64,000 bases of DNA, from positions 43,218 to 107,217 of the IMG/VR virus record IMGVR_UViG_3300037512_001928. One strand, given 5' to 3'. The translations under genes were made by a program, and so were the position numbers. The notes beneath the pieces were generated by a model. That model worked only from the letters and a program-made list of their open reading frames with translations. It was not told where the DNA came from and ran no database searches. This stretch comes from a virus (lineage: Duplodnaviria; Caudoviricetes). Positions 45,047 through 55,660 of this stretch are shown here, piece by piece (the stretch's first letter is position 1; every line of letters starts with the position of its first letter).

Positions 45047-46491
45047 TGTGACCATTAACGACCTAAATGCAAACGCTTGGAAATGCCGAATAACTCAATA
45101 ATTGGAGTGATTTAACGCATGAACAGATGGAAAGAATTGAAACCTGGTGACCCTGTGTTTGTAAGGAATGAGGTTAGACCGTACAGGGTTAAGTGCAGGG
45201 ATGAACGATTTATTATCTGCACAAAACCATTCAATCCGCAGCGAACCGTAATGTATTTTATCGTTGACCTTGAAAGGCATGTCAGAGGTACAGACAATAT
45301 GGTTTTCTGCTCCGGGTATGAAACACAGGAACAATGCGAAGAACGTCTGAAGGAACTACAAGAGGGTCTGATTGAGGTTTCGTATCGCAATTATGTCCCA
45401 TTAGACTAAAGTGACCAAGGAGTTATTATGACGAAAGAAGAAATCCTGAAAGAGATAAAAGAATATCTTGATGATGCGGATAAGGCTATTAGTGAAAATG
45501 AAGAGTATATCAGAGGATGGAAGTCTGCAATGCTTGTTGCGTTGGAGCTTGTCAGTAAATTAAAGTGACCATAAAAGGAGAAAACGAAAATGTACAACAG
45601 CGGGATCAATGAAGACATTCGGTATCGCGTGATTCTCTATAATGAACATGGTGAAATCATAGAAGATACAATGGTTATAGGGCAAGACAATGCCTATAAT
45701 TATGGAGAAAAACGAGCAATAGAGCTTGGAATGCGAAAAACAGATTTCAATGTAAAAGTTGATTAAATGTGACCAAGGAGAAATATAAAATGACAGTTAA
45801 AGAATTGATTCAAGAGCTTGAGAAATATCCGCAAGATTACACCGTCAAGGTGACGAGAGATGGAATCGCTGGAGATATTTATCCGGAAGATATTCACTAC
45901 GGATTGGACGAGAAAGAAAAAGAACTTGTACTTTAATGTGACCATTATCACGGGTGGCGGAATAGGTAAACGCAACTCTGTGGCAAAGAGTTTGATTATA
46001 CAAAGGTATGGAGGAAGCCGGGTACAGCGGATGAAAAGGATATATCTTCATAATGCAAACGAACCGCACAACACATGCTGTGACAACTGTATCTTCGCCC
46101 AGCCGACCAATATAGACGGGCTGATCATCTGTATGCTGGATGGATATTCGAAAGACGCAGATATGTCGTGCCATCATTTTGACGCATTGGATTAAGAATG
46201 ACAGATAATATGTTGTCCAATATTTACGTTTTCCGGCTTTTTAGATAACATATTATCCGTCGAAGGAGTTCTGTAATGATTAATGAAGTTGTATACTGTG
46301 CCGTCAACGATCGCGATGAAGTACAGTGGGTTCAGGGATCCAGCTCGAAGACGCGCTACTTTCGCACAGACCGATACCTGAAAAAGGCTGTCAGATATCA
46401 TAACACATTTCACGGCGATGATTACTGGCATATCGCGAAGTGTAACCTGGTCGAAGACGTCTACTACGAGGAATAAAATTTTTGTTTGAAC

Positions 46492-46523
46492 GCAACAAGA
46501 CTGTCAAAAATGTTCTATATATA
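46492..46523 (+). promoter_or_regulatory. Phage-specific promoter
   Basis: GCAAC-N14-TGTTCTATAT. Confidence 0.7.
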
Positions 46524-46786
46524 TTAGTAGGAGAATTTTATAAGGAGGTGATATTGATGAGTAATTCTTCGTCAGATCAGCATGAGAATCATGCCGCATC
46601 AACCACTGTCGGTATCGGCGGTCTGCTTGGCGTAGCGTTTGTTGTGCTCAGGCTCTGCGGTGTAATTAACTGGTCATGGTGGTGGGTGCTTGCGCCGTTC
46701 TGGATTCCTGTGGCTTTCTCGTTGCTGATTGTTATCTTTGCGTTGGTTCTGTCCGGCAAGTATGGCCCGGAGAAAGGAGGTTGGTG

Positions 46787-47899
46787 ATGCGTCAGCTCGC
46801 ATCTATACAGCGCATTACTGATATCCGCCCAATCGAGGGTAAGGATCGGATTGTGCAGTGCCATGTTAACGGCTGGAATGTGATCATCAAGAAGGATGAA
46901 TTCAACGAGGGTGATCTTGGCGTTTACGTTGAAATTGATTCCCAGCTTCCGGAAAAGCCTGAGTTTGAATTCCTGCGTCCAAAGAAGTTCAGGATCAAAA
47001 CAATGAAAATGTCCGGAGTCCTCAGCGAAGGTATTGTCTTTCCGCTGTCGATTCTTCCGGTGCGTGAGAAACCCTATGAGCTTGGCGAGGATGTTACCGG
47101 ACTGATGGGCGTTACCAAGTATGATCCGCAGGAAGAAGAGGACTGGTGGAAAAAGCTTCAGCAGGAACCTCGCAGGAAATCCTTCTGGGAAAAACTTCCG
47201 CTGATGCGGTTCAAATGGTATCGCGCCATTGTCAAATCCAAATCACGCAAGGGCGGTTTCCCATCGTTTATACCCAAGAGCGACGAAACGAGAATACAAA
47301 ATTGTCCATGGGTATTGCAGGATAAAAACACCAGATGGCTTGCCAGCGAAAAGGTCGACGGCTGTAGCGCCACGTATCTTCTCCTTCGCAAGCGCCGCTT
47401 TCTCCTTCCCGACCGATTCGAGTTCATGGTCTGTTCCAGAAATTGCCGCCTCGCCCGCGATGATTCACATTACTGGAAGATCGCCGACAAGTACGAGATC
47501 GAGAAGAAGCTTCGCAGCCTGATTGGCAAGCAGGACTGGATCGCCGTTCAGGGCGAAATCATTGGTCCGAAAATTCAGAAGAACAAGTATAAGCTGACCG
47601 ACTACGATTTCTATGTGTTCAATCTCCTGAATCCTTCCCAGTGTAAGGACGGAAAAACATGGTATCGCCATCCGTCGCTTTATGCCGCTCGTCTGCTCTC
47701 TGAATTCGGGATCAAGTTTGTGCCGATCCTTGATACAGGAATTACGCTTCCGGATACCGTTGATGAAGTTCTTGCGATAGCGCACGGTCAGTCCCAGCTG
47801 GGCGGTACGCTTCGAGAAGGAATCGTCTTCCGGTCGATGGATGGACAGCAGTCGTTCAAGGCTGTGGATCCCGAGTTTCTGATTCATTACAACATCTGA
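46787..47899 (+). CDS. ATP-dependent RNA ligase (DRB0094/Rnl2-like family)
   Basis: RQLASIQRI..I.PI, EIDS, KSDETRIQN, EKVDG, QGEIIG, REGIVF, FKA. Confidence 0.88.
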   Translation: MRQLASIQRITDIRPIEGKDRIVQCHVNGWNVIIKKDEFNEGDLGVYVEIDSQLPEKPEFEFLRPKKFRIKTMKMSGVLSEGIVFPLSILPVREKPYELGEDVTGLMGVTKYDPQEEEDWWKKLQQEPRRKSFWEKLPLMRFKWYRAIVKSKSRKGGFPSFIPKSDETRIQNCPWVLQDKNTRWLASEKVDGCSATYLLLRKRRFLLPDRFEFMVCSRNCRLARDDSHYWKIADKYEIEKKLRSLIGKQDWIAVQGEIIGPKIQKNKYKLTDYDFYVFNLLNPSQCKDGKTWYRHPSLYAARLLSEFGIKFVPILDTGITLPDTVDEVLAIAHGQSQLGGTLREGIVFRSMDGQQSFKAVDPEFLIHYNI

Positions 47900-48013
47900 G
47901 GTGATGCTGATTGGGTGACTATCAGTAGGCTTTTGTTGTGTGCCTGTTCGTGATCTTGGTGATTATAGGCATTGAGCGTCACGGACCTACTCCAAGAATT
48001 TAAGAGGTAAAAT

Positions 48014-48355
48014 ATGATCTATCAAAAACCGTTGTTTAAAAACATCGGGTTCCATCACATTGTACAGATTAACCGGGTGGTGGCGGTAATCCCTCCGGGG
48101 ACGAAATCGGCGGTGAATTATCTGCGCCGTGCCCGTGCCGCCAACCTGTTTATTGACGCTTCGATGGGGCACAAGTTTAGGGCAATTCTCATTCTCGATG
48201 ACGGTCGCGTAGTGGCGTCCGGGATCTCCGTCAGCACACTGCTCCGGCGTTTCTCCGATGAGTACGATGCCAACTTCGCTGACCAGCGTACAGTCGAGGA
48301 AGAGATGGAGGATATTATCCTCGAAGCTCAGGAAAATCTACAGGATGAGGATTGA
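48014..48355 (+). CDS. DUF370/RemA-like protein
   Basis: NIGF..IV..NRVVAVI.P..IDAS.G.KFRAILILDDG.VV.S.IS..TL..RF. Confidence 0.7.
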   Translation: MIYQKPLFKNIGFHHIVQINRVVAVIPPGTKSAVNYLRRARAANLFIDASMGHKFRAILILDDGRVVASGISVSTLLRRFSDEYDANFADQRTVEEEMEDIILEAQENLQDED

Positions 48356-48603
48356 TGCCTATGATTGTGGTGTATACAAGCAGTACGTGCCCGAAGTGTG
48401 CAGTGCTCAAGAAAAAGCTCGCCAGTAAAAATCTTGAGTACGATGAATGCACGGACACTGCAAAAATGCAAAGCATGGGGATTCAGTCTCTCCCCATGCT
48501 TGATTTCGGCGATGGTAGCTTGCTTACTTTTAAAGAGGCTGTTGAGTATATTGACGGAAGGAAAATGCATGGATATTCAGCTGAAATTATCCAAGGACTT
48601 TGA
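48355..48603 (+). CDS. Glutaredoxin/NrdH-like protein
   Basis: VYTSSTCPKC. Confidence 0.8.
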   Translation: MPMIVVYTSSTCPKCAVLKKKLASKNLEYDECTDTAKMQSMGIQSLPMLDFGDGSLLTFKEAVEYIDGRKMHGYSAEIIQGL

Positions 48604-50509
48604 AAGATGTCTGGATGATTTGAAGAAGAAATATGGCGAGGACTTTGAATATATCAATGGTCTTCATCCAAGCCAGCTTGACTTCTCCGAATTTATCGAC
48701 AATCTTGTTGGCAAGGATACGCTTGCCGATGTAAGCATTGATCCAAACGCCAACGCGAATAATCGTGATATCCGTAGCTTTATCACCGAAAAGGGAAAAA
48801 GCGAGGATAAGCTGTTTGGGTTAAATAAAATCTTTACCGAAATTAAAAAGATGTGGGGCTTACGTACTGCGAAAGCATGGCTTGAACAGGAATTCAGCCG
48901 TGGCTTTTATCTTAATGACAGTACGACTGCAAGTTATTTCCCCTACTGCTGGGCAAATGACTTTACGCGTCTTGCAACTGAGGGATTATTTTTCCTCAAA
49001 AATTACAACAGTCAGCCGCCAAAGCATTTGACTACCTACTTTGATGATGTAATCGAGTTTGTTTCGTTCTTATCAAACCGGCAGTCTGGCGCAGTCGGTA
49101 TGCCGAATGTTTTGATATGGGCGTGGTATTTCTGGAAGAAGGATGTTGAGGGCGGTTATTACATGAAAGATCCTGAGTACTATCTCAGGCAGCAGTTTCA
49201 GAAGTTTATCTTTAGGCTCAATCAACCCTTCCTCCGTATTGATCAAAGTTCTTTCACGAACGTTTCAATTTTTGATCGTCAATATCTTGAATCGTTGTTT
49301 GGCGGCATTGAATTCCCAGATGGTACCTTTGCGATTGATAATATTGAAGAGCTGATCACGACCCAAAAAGTTTTTATGGACGTGGTAAGTGAAACGCGTG
49401 AAACATGTATGTTTACTTATCCGGTTTTAACATACTCGCTGTTGTATAAAGATGGAAAGTTCGTTGACGAAGAGTTTGCCCGCTGGTGTTCTGATCACAA
49501 TATCAAATGGTCTGATTCCAACTTCTTTGTCAGCGATAATGTAGGAGTCCTCTCAAACTGCTGCAGACTCTTGTCTGATACGTCAAAGCTCGATGCGTTT
49601 ATCAATTCAATCGGCGGTACTGCACTGTCGGTTGGATCGTGTCGTGTGAGTACGATCAACCTTGCGCGAATTGCGTATGAAAGCCGGAACGATGAAGGGC
49701 AGTTTGACAAGAAGAAGTACCTCAAGATTCTTCGCCAGCGTGTATTACTTGACTGTAAAGCACTGGCGTCAATGCGTCATATCATCAGGCGAAATATTGA
49801 AAAGGGTCTGTTGCCCAATTATCAGGATGGCGCTGTTGAGCTGGATAAACAATACTGTACAATCGGAATACTTGGTCTGTACGAAGTGATGGATCTGTTC
49901 GGGCTGATTGATACAGATGAGCTTGGATGTAAATCGTATTCGGATGAGGCCGTAGAGTTTACCTACCTGATTCTGGATCTGATTAACGAAGTCAAGGATT
50001 CATTTGAATGTGACTTTTCGTTTAACATTGAAGCGATTCCGGCTGAAACATGTGCGGGCGTGATTTGTCAGGCAGACAATCTTCTGTTCGAGCAGGATAA
50101 ATATTTCATCTATTCAAACCAGTGGATTCCGCTGATGGAGAAATGTACACTTCAGGAAAAGTGTCGTTTGGGGTCATTGTTTGATAAAAAGTGTGGAGGT
50201 GGATGCATCGCCCATATCAATATTGAAAACAGATTCCCGAATGAAGAGACTGCTTGGAATATGCTGAACTATGTTGCTTCTCAGGGTGTGATCTATTTTG
50301 CGTTTACCACAAAGATCAGCGTATGCAAGGATCGTCATGCGTTTATCGGCGAGGTGTATTGCCCGATCTGCGGACAGCCTGTCGCGGATACATATTCCCG
50401 CGTAGTTGGATTCTACGTACCCGTAAGCAGTTATCAGAAAATTCGTAAGAAAGAATTTGACAAGCGTAAATGGATGAATGTATTGCTGAATGATGGAGTA
50501 ATGCAGTAA
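48569..50509 (+). CDS. nrdD: Anaerobic ribonucleoside-triphosphate reductase
   Basis: QSGAVG, SNCCRL, PAE, CPICG, glycyl-radical motif SRVVGFY. Confidence 0.92.
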   Translation: MDIQLKLSKDFERCLDDLKKKYGEDFEYINGLHPSQLDFSEFIDNLVGKDTLADVSIDPNANANNRDIRSFITEKGKSEDKLFGLNKIFTEIKKMWGLRTAKAWLEQEFSRGFYLNDSTTASYFPYCWANDFTRLATEGLFFLKNYNSQPPKHLTTYFDDVIEFVSFLSNRQSGAVGMPNVLIWAWYFWKKDVEGGYYMKDPEYYLRQQFQKFIFRLNQPFLRIDQSSFTNVSIFDRQYLESLFGGIEFPDGTFAIDNIEELITTQKVFMDVVSETRETCMFTYPVLTYSLLYKDGKFVDEEFARWCSDHNIKWSDSNFFVSDNVGVLSNCCRLLSDTSKLDAFINSIGGTALSVGSCRVSTINLARIAYESRNDEGQFDKKKYLKILRQRVLLDCKALASMRHIIRRNIEKGLLPNYQDGAVELDKQYCTIGILGLYEVMDLFGLIDTDELGCKSYSDEAVEFTYLILDLINEVKDSFECDFSFNIEAIPAETCAGVICQADNLLFEQDKYFIYSNQWIPLMEKCTLQEKCRLGSLFDKKCGGGCIAHINIENRFPNEETAWNMLNYVASQGVIYFAFTTKISVCKDRHAFIGEVYCPICGQPVADTYSRVVGFYVPVSSYQKIRKKEFDKRKWMNVLLNDGVMQ

Positions 50510-51054
50510 TGGTAATCAAAGGAATTACGGACGAGGATTTTATTAACTATAAAGTCCCGTCCATGTTTATTGCAACTGCGCATTGTTCATTCAAATGCGA
50601 CAAAGAGTATGGTTTACAGATATGTCAGAACGGTATGTTGGCGCAACTGCCGGATATTGCGATTTCACTTCCGGAACTGTTTAAGCGTTATACCGGTAAT
50701 CCAATTACAAAGGCTGTGGTGTTTGGTGGGCTTGAACCGTTTGATGATTTTGCTGAGTTACTGAAGTTCGTTTACTTTTTCAGAAATGGCGGTTGGGATG
50801 ATGATATTGTAATCTATACAGGGTATACCAAGGAAGAACTGGAAAATGCTGTATGGGATGCTTATTTGGTTGACCATGTCGGGCTTGAAAAGTACTGGAA
50901 TTCAAGCCCGCTTAATTGTATAAGCGCGTTGCAGCATTTCCCAAATATCGTCATCAAATTTGGTCGTTATATTCCGGATCAGACACCGCATTATGATCCA
51001 GTCCTTGGCATATGTCTTGCCAGTGATAATCAGTATGCAGAAAGGATAAGTTAA
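50509..51054 (+). CDS. nrdG: Anaerobic RNR activase (radical SAM)
   Basis: CSFKC..C, GGLEPF, IYTGY, ASDNQ. Confidence 0.85.
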   Translation: MVIKGITDEDFINYKVPSMFIATAHCSFKCDKEYGLQICQNGMLAQLPDIAISLPELFKRYTGNPITKAVVFGGLEPFDDFAELLKFVYFFRNGGWDDDIVIYTGYTKEELENAVWDAYLVDHVGLEKYWNSSPLNCISALQHFPNIVIKFGRYIPDQTPHYDPVLGICLASDNQYAERIS

Positions 51055-51509
51055 TGCAATCAAAGGTAATGATAAATCCTGATAAAGAAATCGCGGATGA
51101 CATTCGCCGCCGCATCGATGAGAATGACGGCTACTGTCCGTGCCGTATTGATAAAACACCGGATACCATCTGCCCGTGCAAAGAGTTCCGCGAAACACAG
51201 GAATGCATCTGCGGTCTGTATGTCAAGTCCGCTGAAGAAGAACCCGAAGAAAAGGAGATCACGCTGGAAGAACAGAACGTAATTCTGAAGATTCCGAAGA
51301 ATGCGGTGCGCATAACGATCGGCGTACAGATCATCCAACCGAACGGCGCTGTGATAAATGTGCATAAAATGCTGATGCCGGATGACATTCGTCAGGCTCG
51401 CACGGATTTTCTGGAGAATGTGGAAGACGGCGATGATTATGATACGCATTATGTGCTGACTGAAAAAGGGCGAGAGTATCTCGATCAGCTTCAGCGGGAG
51501 GGTAAATGA
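51054..51509 (+). CDS. Ferredoxin-thioredoxin reductase catalytic-like domain fused to an unknown domain
   Basis: GYCPC..ICPC..CICGLY. Confidence 0.75.
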   Translation: MQSKVMINPDKEIADDIRRRIDENDGYCPCRIDKTPDTICPCKEFRETQECICGLYVKSAEEEPEEKEITLEEQNVILKIPKNAVRITIGVQIIQPNGAVINVHKMLMPDDIRQARTDFLENVEDGDDYDTHYVLTEKGREYLDQLQREGK

Positions 51510-51874
51510 AAAAGTATTTCGTTTACGCCGATAACGCGTCCGGCAAAAGCATCCAGATCAAGAAATGCAAACATGAGTACGAAGCCATGAGCTTTGCGAC
51601 CGACATCAAAAATCTCGCCGAGTATGGCTGTATGACGGTTATAATGAAAACCGATGACGGCGATTATGTCTGGGACGCTCTGTCCGACGTATGGAATAAG
51701 GAGACAACATGAACGGGCATTATGTATGCATGGATTGCTGTTACACATTCCGGTATCCAATACACGCAGCAGAGGACGATGGTCTGGATTCGCCGCCATA
51801 TCGCTACAGTTATTTATGCCCGAACTGCTATTCCGATGATATTGAATTTGAGGAGGATTACGATGAGTTCGTAG

Positions 51875-52402
51875 ATGATGACACATGATATCGCAGAGTT
51901 TGAACGCGTATCGCTGGATCAGTATATCCGCGATACGCTCCTGTTTGAATCCTATGATGATGTCGGCACGGAAGCGCTGAAGGAATCCATCAAGGAGGAA
52001 TGGCTGAATATCAAACTGCCGGTCAGAGCCACCCTTGGCGCGGCGGGATATGATTTCTACCTTCCGCATGATGTATGCCTGACGGAGCATCCGGTGACGA
52101 TCTATACAGGAATATGTTGTTCGATTCAGCCGGGATGGGCGCTGTTCCTCATGCCACGGTCGGGGCTTGGCTTTAAGTACGGCGTACGCCTGAGTAATAG
52201 TTTAGGTCTCATCGACGAGGATTACTATCACGCCGCAAACGAAGGACATATCGCCGCGAAGATTTATGCCGGTGATAAGCCCGTCTCCCTGCAAGCCGGG
52301 GATCGTTTCATGCAGGGCGTATTCCTCCCCTACGGTACGGCAAGCAATGGCAATCTCGGCGGCGTCCGTATCGGCGGCACGGGATCCACAGGGCTGGGGT
52401 GA
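51875..52402 (+). CDS. dut: Trimeric dUTPase
   Basis: AAGYDF, PRSGLG, GLIDEDY, RIGGTGSTG. Confidence 0.92.
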   Translation: MMTHDIAEFERVSLDQYIRDTLLFESYDDVGTEALKESIKEEWLNIKLPVRATLGAAGYDFYLPHDVCLTEHPVTIYTGICCSIQPGWALFLMPRSGLGFKYGVRLSNSLGLIDEDYYHAANEGHIAAKIYAGDKPVSLQAGDRFMQGVFLPYGTASNGNLGGVRIGGTGSTGLG

Positions 52403-52406
52403 ATAT

Positions 52407-52967
52407 ATGGCTTCAAATGAATATATCCAGCTCTTCGCCTGCGATCTGTCGATGAACCGCCCGGGTTTCGCCGTGCTCGAATGTGACATTGCCACCCGCA
52501 AGGTCAGGGTGCTGTACAAGAGCAACGTCAACAACAAGATCGCCAAACCGAAAACCCATGCCCGGAAATTGGTGGATATTGCGAATGAGATCAAAAAGAT
52601 CCTGATACAGTATCCATGCGCCTATCCGGTGCAGGAAGACGCGCTTGGCATGATGACGCTGATCGGCGGCAAGAATATGTACTCGGCAAAAACCATTCAG
52701 GTGCTTGCGCGGGTTGTGGGTCTGAGCGAATATCTCGCGATGGATCTCCTCCATACCGAGTTCGACCGCATTCATCCAAAGAACGTGAAGAAGCTCGTGA
52801 CCGGCAATTCTTCTGCCGAGAAGGAAGATGTAGCGAAAGCGCTGACGCAGTTTGTCGGTGATCTGGATTACGAGTGCGATGACGAGTCCGATGCCGTGGC
52901 AGTCGGCATTGCATGGCTGATCGAGAACAACTTTATAGATGATCCCTATGCTGAAAAACCTCTATAA
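52407..52967 (+). CDS. RuvC-like Holliday junction resolvase
   Basis: DLSMNRPG, VKKLVTG, DDESDAVAV. Confidence 0.85.
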   Translation: MASNEYIQLFACDLSMNRPGFAVLECDIATRKVRVLYKSNVNNKIAKPKTHARKLVDIANEIKKILIQYPCAYPVQEDALGMMTLIGGKNMYSAKTIQVLARVVGLSEYLAMDLLHTEFDRIHPKNVKKLVTGNSSAEKEDVAKALTQFVGDLDYECDDESDAVAVGIAWLIENNFIDDPYAEKPL

Positions 52968-54205
52968 AAATAGGCAACAAAACGACCTCTGTTTTCGGAT
53001 GGATAAATACTCATCCGAAATCGCAGAGGTCGTTTTGTTCTATATCCTCATAGAGCGGAAGGAGGAAAACATGGATTCTGTGATAAGGAAATCCGTTCCG
53101 CTGGACGAGCAGGAAACGAGCATCTCCATTGTGCCTGATGATGATCAGGCGATTGTCTATTCCTCGGTGCCGACCACTGTCCGGCGGCTGTACAAATATG
53201 CCGAAGAACATCCGGACGAATGTAAGATCACGAACGATGACGGTTACGGCTGTGTATGTTCCATGCCGGTGGACTGGATCAGGTATCAGCCGCGCAAGAA
53301 ACGCGAGATGACTGAGGAACAAAAGGCTGTTGCGGCGGCAAGGCTTCGCAGTGCAAGAGAGGCGAAGAAGAATCAATGACCCGTGAAGAGATGATTAATT
53401 CTTTCTCTACTGCTCCCGGGCGATGTAAGTTTGACTGCATGTATTCCAAGACATGCTGTAACGGTGCGTTCTGTGTCCTGAAGGAGGCGGCGCTGATTCT
53501 CGCCGCCGACGCCAACCGAAGGCTTGAACTGGACGAACGCATCGATCACTGGAAGAACGTGTGTCAGTATCAGAACGATTATATCAAAAGGCTCGAACAG
53601 CGGTGCTATGCTTATTACGATATGATCCATCTGTATAATGGCGGCGTGATCAACAAGCTGTGGATTCCGCCTCGCCGCAAAGCCGCGATGAGAACGTATC
53701 GCCTGAGACAGCAGAGAAAGCTTGAAGAGCGCAGGGTTCAGCGGGAAAAAGAAAAGACGCTGAAGAAGCTGCGTATTGCCGAGGAGATGGACGGCGATCC
53801 CCGGTATGAATATAAGCCGATCCGATCCAAATACAGTACCAAGGAGATAATTATCTGATGAGAGATCCGAATCGTATTCGCCCGTTTCTGAACCGGCTTG
53901 CTGAAATCTGGGAGCTGGTTCCGGACTGGCGGTTTGGTCAGCTTATGTGTAACGTTCTCGGCGGGGTCGAGCGCGATCCGTTCTTTATTGAGGACGATGA
54001 GATGATTGAACAAATTGAAGTGCAGTTCAATAAGGGAGTGAAGAAAGATGGCGAGTAAGAAGAAACATGCCCAGCGTAGTCAGAAGACATATAAGTATCG
54101 GATGAGCGCGGCGCGTCACTTCCTGCGCGGTTCCCTGCCGTATGAAATCCGGAAACTGCTGATTGGCAGGTTTAAACGCCCTGTCGAGACGGAGGTATCC
54201 TTTGA

Positions 54206-54850
54206 ATGAAGATTCAAACGCTGAATGTTGCCGGAATTCGCGAGGCGATGATGGCGATGAGAAACCCGAAGAAATCCCGCGCCAAAAATGATACTACTCA
54301 GGATGGCATACTTGGCACCAACGATCGTACGCTGACGCTGACGCTTCAGAAAGCGGGACCTGAACATGCCAAACATCTTCGCATGATTATAGTGTGGGTC
54401 GATATAACCGCGCCGTTCTACTGGTGGAAGCAGTTCGACACATACCGCGCCGGTGTTGAGAAGCTTGCAGAATCGACCATGCATACGATTACCAGGGATG
54501 AATTCGTTAATGCGAACTTCGAGTATGACAATAATCTGATGTCGGGTCAGGCTGCGACAGCCGCCGCCGCCGCGATGAACAGTCTGCGCGGTTATTACCT
54601 CGCAGAGACAGATCCGAAGAAGAAGCAGGAAATCTGGCGCGTGATTGTTCAGAACCTGCCTGAGAGTTATTTGCAGATGCGTACGGTCATGGTTTCCTAC
54701 GCCGCGCTCCGCAATATGATCCATCAGCGTATCGGTCATAAACTTCCGGAGTGGAGACAATTCATTGCATGGTGCAGAACACTCCCGGAAGCTGATACGC
54801 TGTTGTTTAATAACGAGGAATTAAATGCTGAGGAGGTTTCGCCCGAATGA
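54206..54850 (+). CDS. ThyX-like protein
   Basis: H.KHLR, APFYWWKQFDTY, LPESYLQ.R, QRIGHKLPEW. Confidence 0.65.
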   Translation: MKIQTLNVAGIREAMMAMRNPKKSRAKNDTTQDGILGTNDRTLTLTLQKAGPEHAKHLRMIIVWVDITAPFYWWKQFDTYRAGVEKLAESTMHTITRDEFVNANFEYDNNLMSGQAATAAAAAMNSLRGYYLAETDPKKKQEIWRVIVQNLPESYLQMRTVMVSYAALRNMIHQRIGHKLPEWRQFIAWCRTLPEADTLLFNNEELNAEEVSPE

Positions 54851-55137
54851 GTAACGCAGTAGACCATCCGTCCCATTATGCGGACAAACGTATTGAAGTC
54901 ATCGACTATCTCAGCGACACGCTGACGCTTGACGAGTATGTCGGGTTCTGTATCGGCAATGTCCTGAAGTACGTTTCCCGCTGGCGCAAGAAGGGCGGTG
55001 TTGAAGACCTGAAGAAAGCGCAGGTTTATCTCCAGTGGGCAATTGAGGCTGCTCCGGCAGTCTTCCCGCAACCGGATAACGGCTATGTGATCAATGACGT
55101 GAATATTTCCTGTACTGCGTTTGCAAAGGAGAATTAA
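54847..55137 (+). CDS. DUF3310 family protein
   Basis: VDHPSHY..IEVID..GNVLKY..R..KGGVEDLKKA. Confidence 0.85.
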   Translation: MSNAVDHPSHYADKRIEVIDYLSDTLTLDEYVGFCIGNVLKYVSRWRKKGGVEDLKKAQVYLQWAIEAAPAVFPQPDNGYVINDVNISCTAFAKEN

Positions 55138-55138
55138 T

Positions 55139-55660
55139 ATGATAAAGGAAGAACGCATTGCAATCTATAAGACCTACGAGGACAAGTTTTACGATGCGAT
55201 CCCGGCATCCTTTCTTGACAGGCTTGGTTTCTTCGATGCTCCTGCAAGCCGCCATTACCACGGCGCATATCCCGGCGGGCTGTTCGATCATTCGCTGGCA
55301 GTCTGCGAGAGGCTGATCAGGCTGACAAAGGATAACCATCTGGTCTGGCGCAGTACCCGCAGTCCGTTCGTGGTTGGCATGTATCACGATCTTTGCAAGT
55401 GCGATCTCTATGTCATGAAGGACAACGGCGAGTACGACTTCAACCCCAACCTCACCCTGAAGGAGCACGGCGCGAAGTCAGTCATGATCCTTGCACAGTA
55501 TATGCAGTTGACCGAGGAAGAAGTTCTCTGTATCCGATACCACATGGGTGCCTATGAGAAAGAAGAGTGGGCTGAATTTGATCATGCGATCCGGGCATAC
55601 CAGACCGTCCTCTGGACTCATACTGCTGACATGTTGGCATCAAAAACGGATGGTGTGTAA
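55139..55660 (+). CDS. HD-domain phosphohydrolase
   Basis: APAS..YH...GGL.DHS, YHDLCK, HMG, ADM. Confidence 0.85.
   Translation: MIKEERIAIYKTYEDKFYDAIPASFLDRLGFFDAPASRHYHGAYPGGLFDHSLAVCERLIRLTKDNHLVWRSTRSPFVVGMYHDLCKCDLYVMKDNGEYDFNPNLTLKEHGAKSVMILAQYMQLTEEEVLCIRYHMGAYEKEEWAEFDHAIRAYQTVLWTHTADMLASKTDGV

Larger units (their letters stand above)
39830..45950 (+). mobile_element. Low-GC array of short genes separated by TTAA-N8-TTAA-type sites
   Basis: Sites at 40064, 40245, 40537, 42445 (inverted), 43421, 44690, 44829, 45043, 45406, 45560, 45764 and 45933. Confidence 0.7.

Noticed and set aside
39830-45950. Classical integron with attC sites
   Set aside because: No RYYYAAC...GTTRRRY long hairpins seen; the sites are short 16-bp cores.
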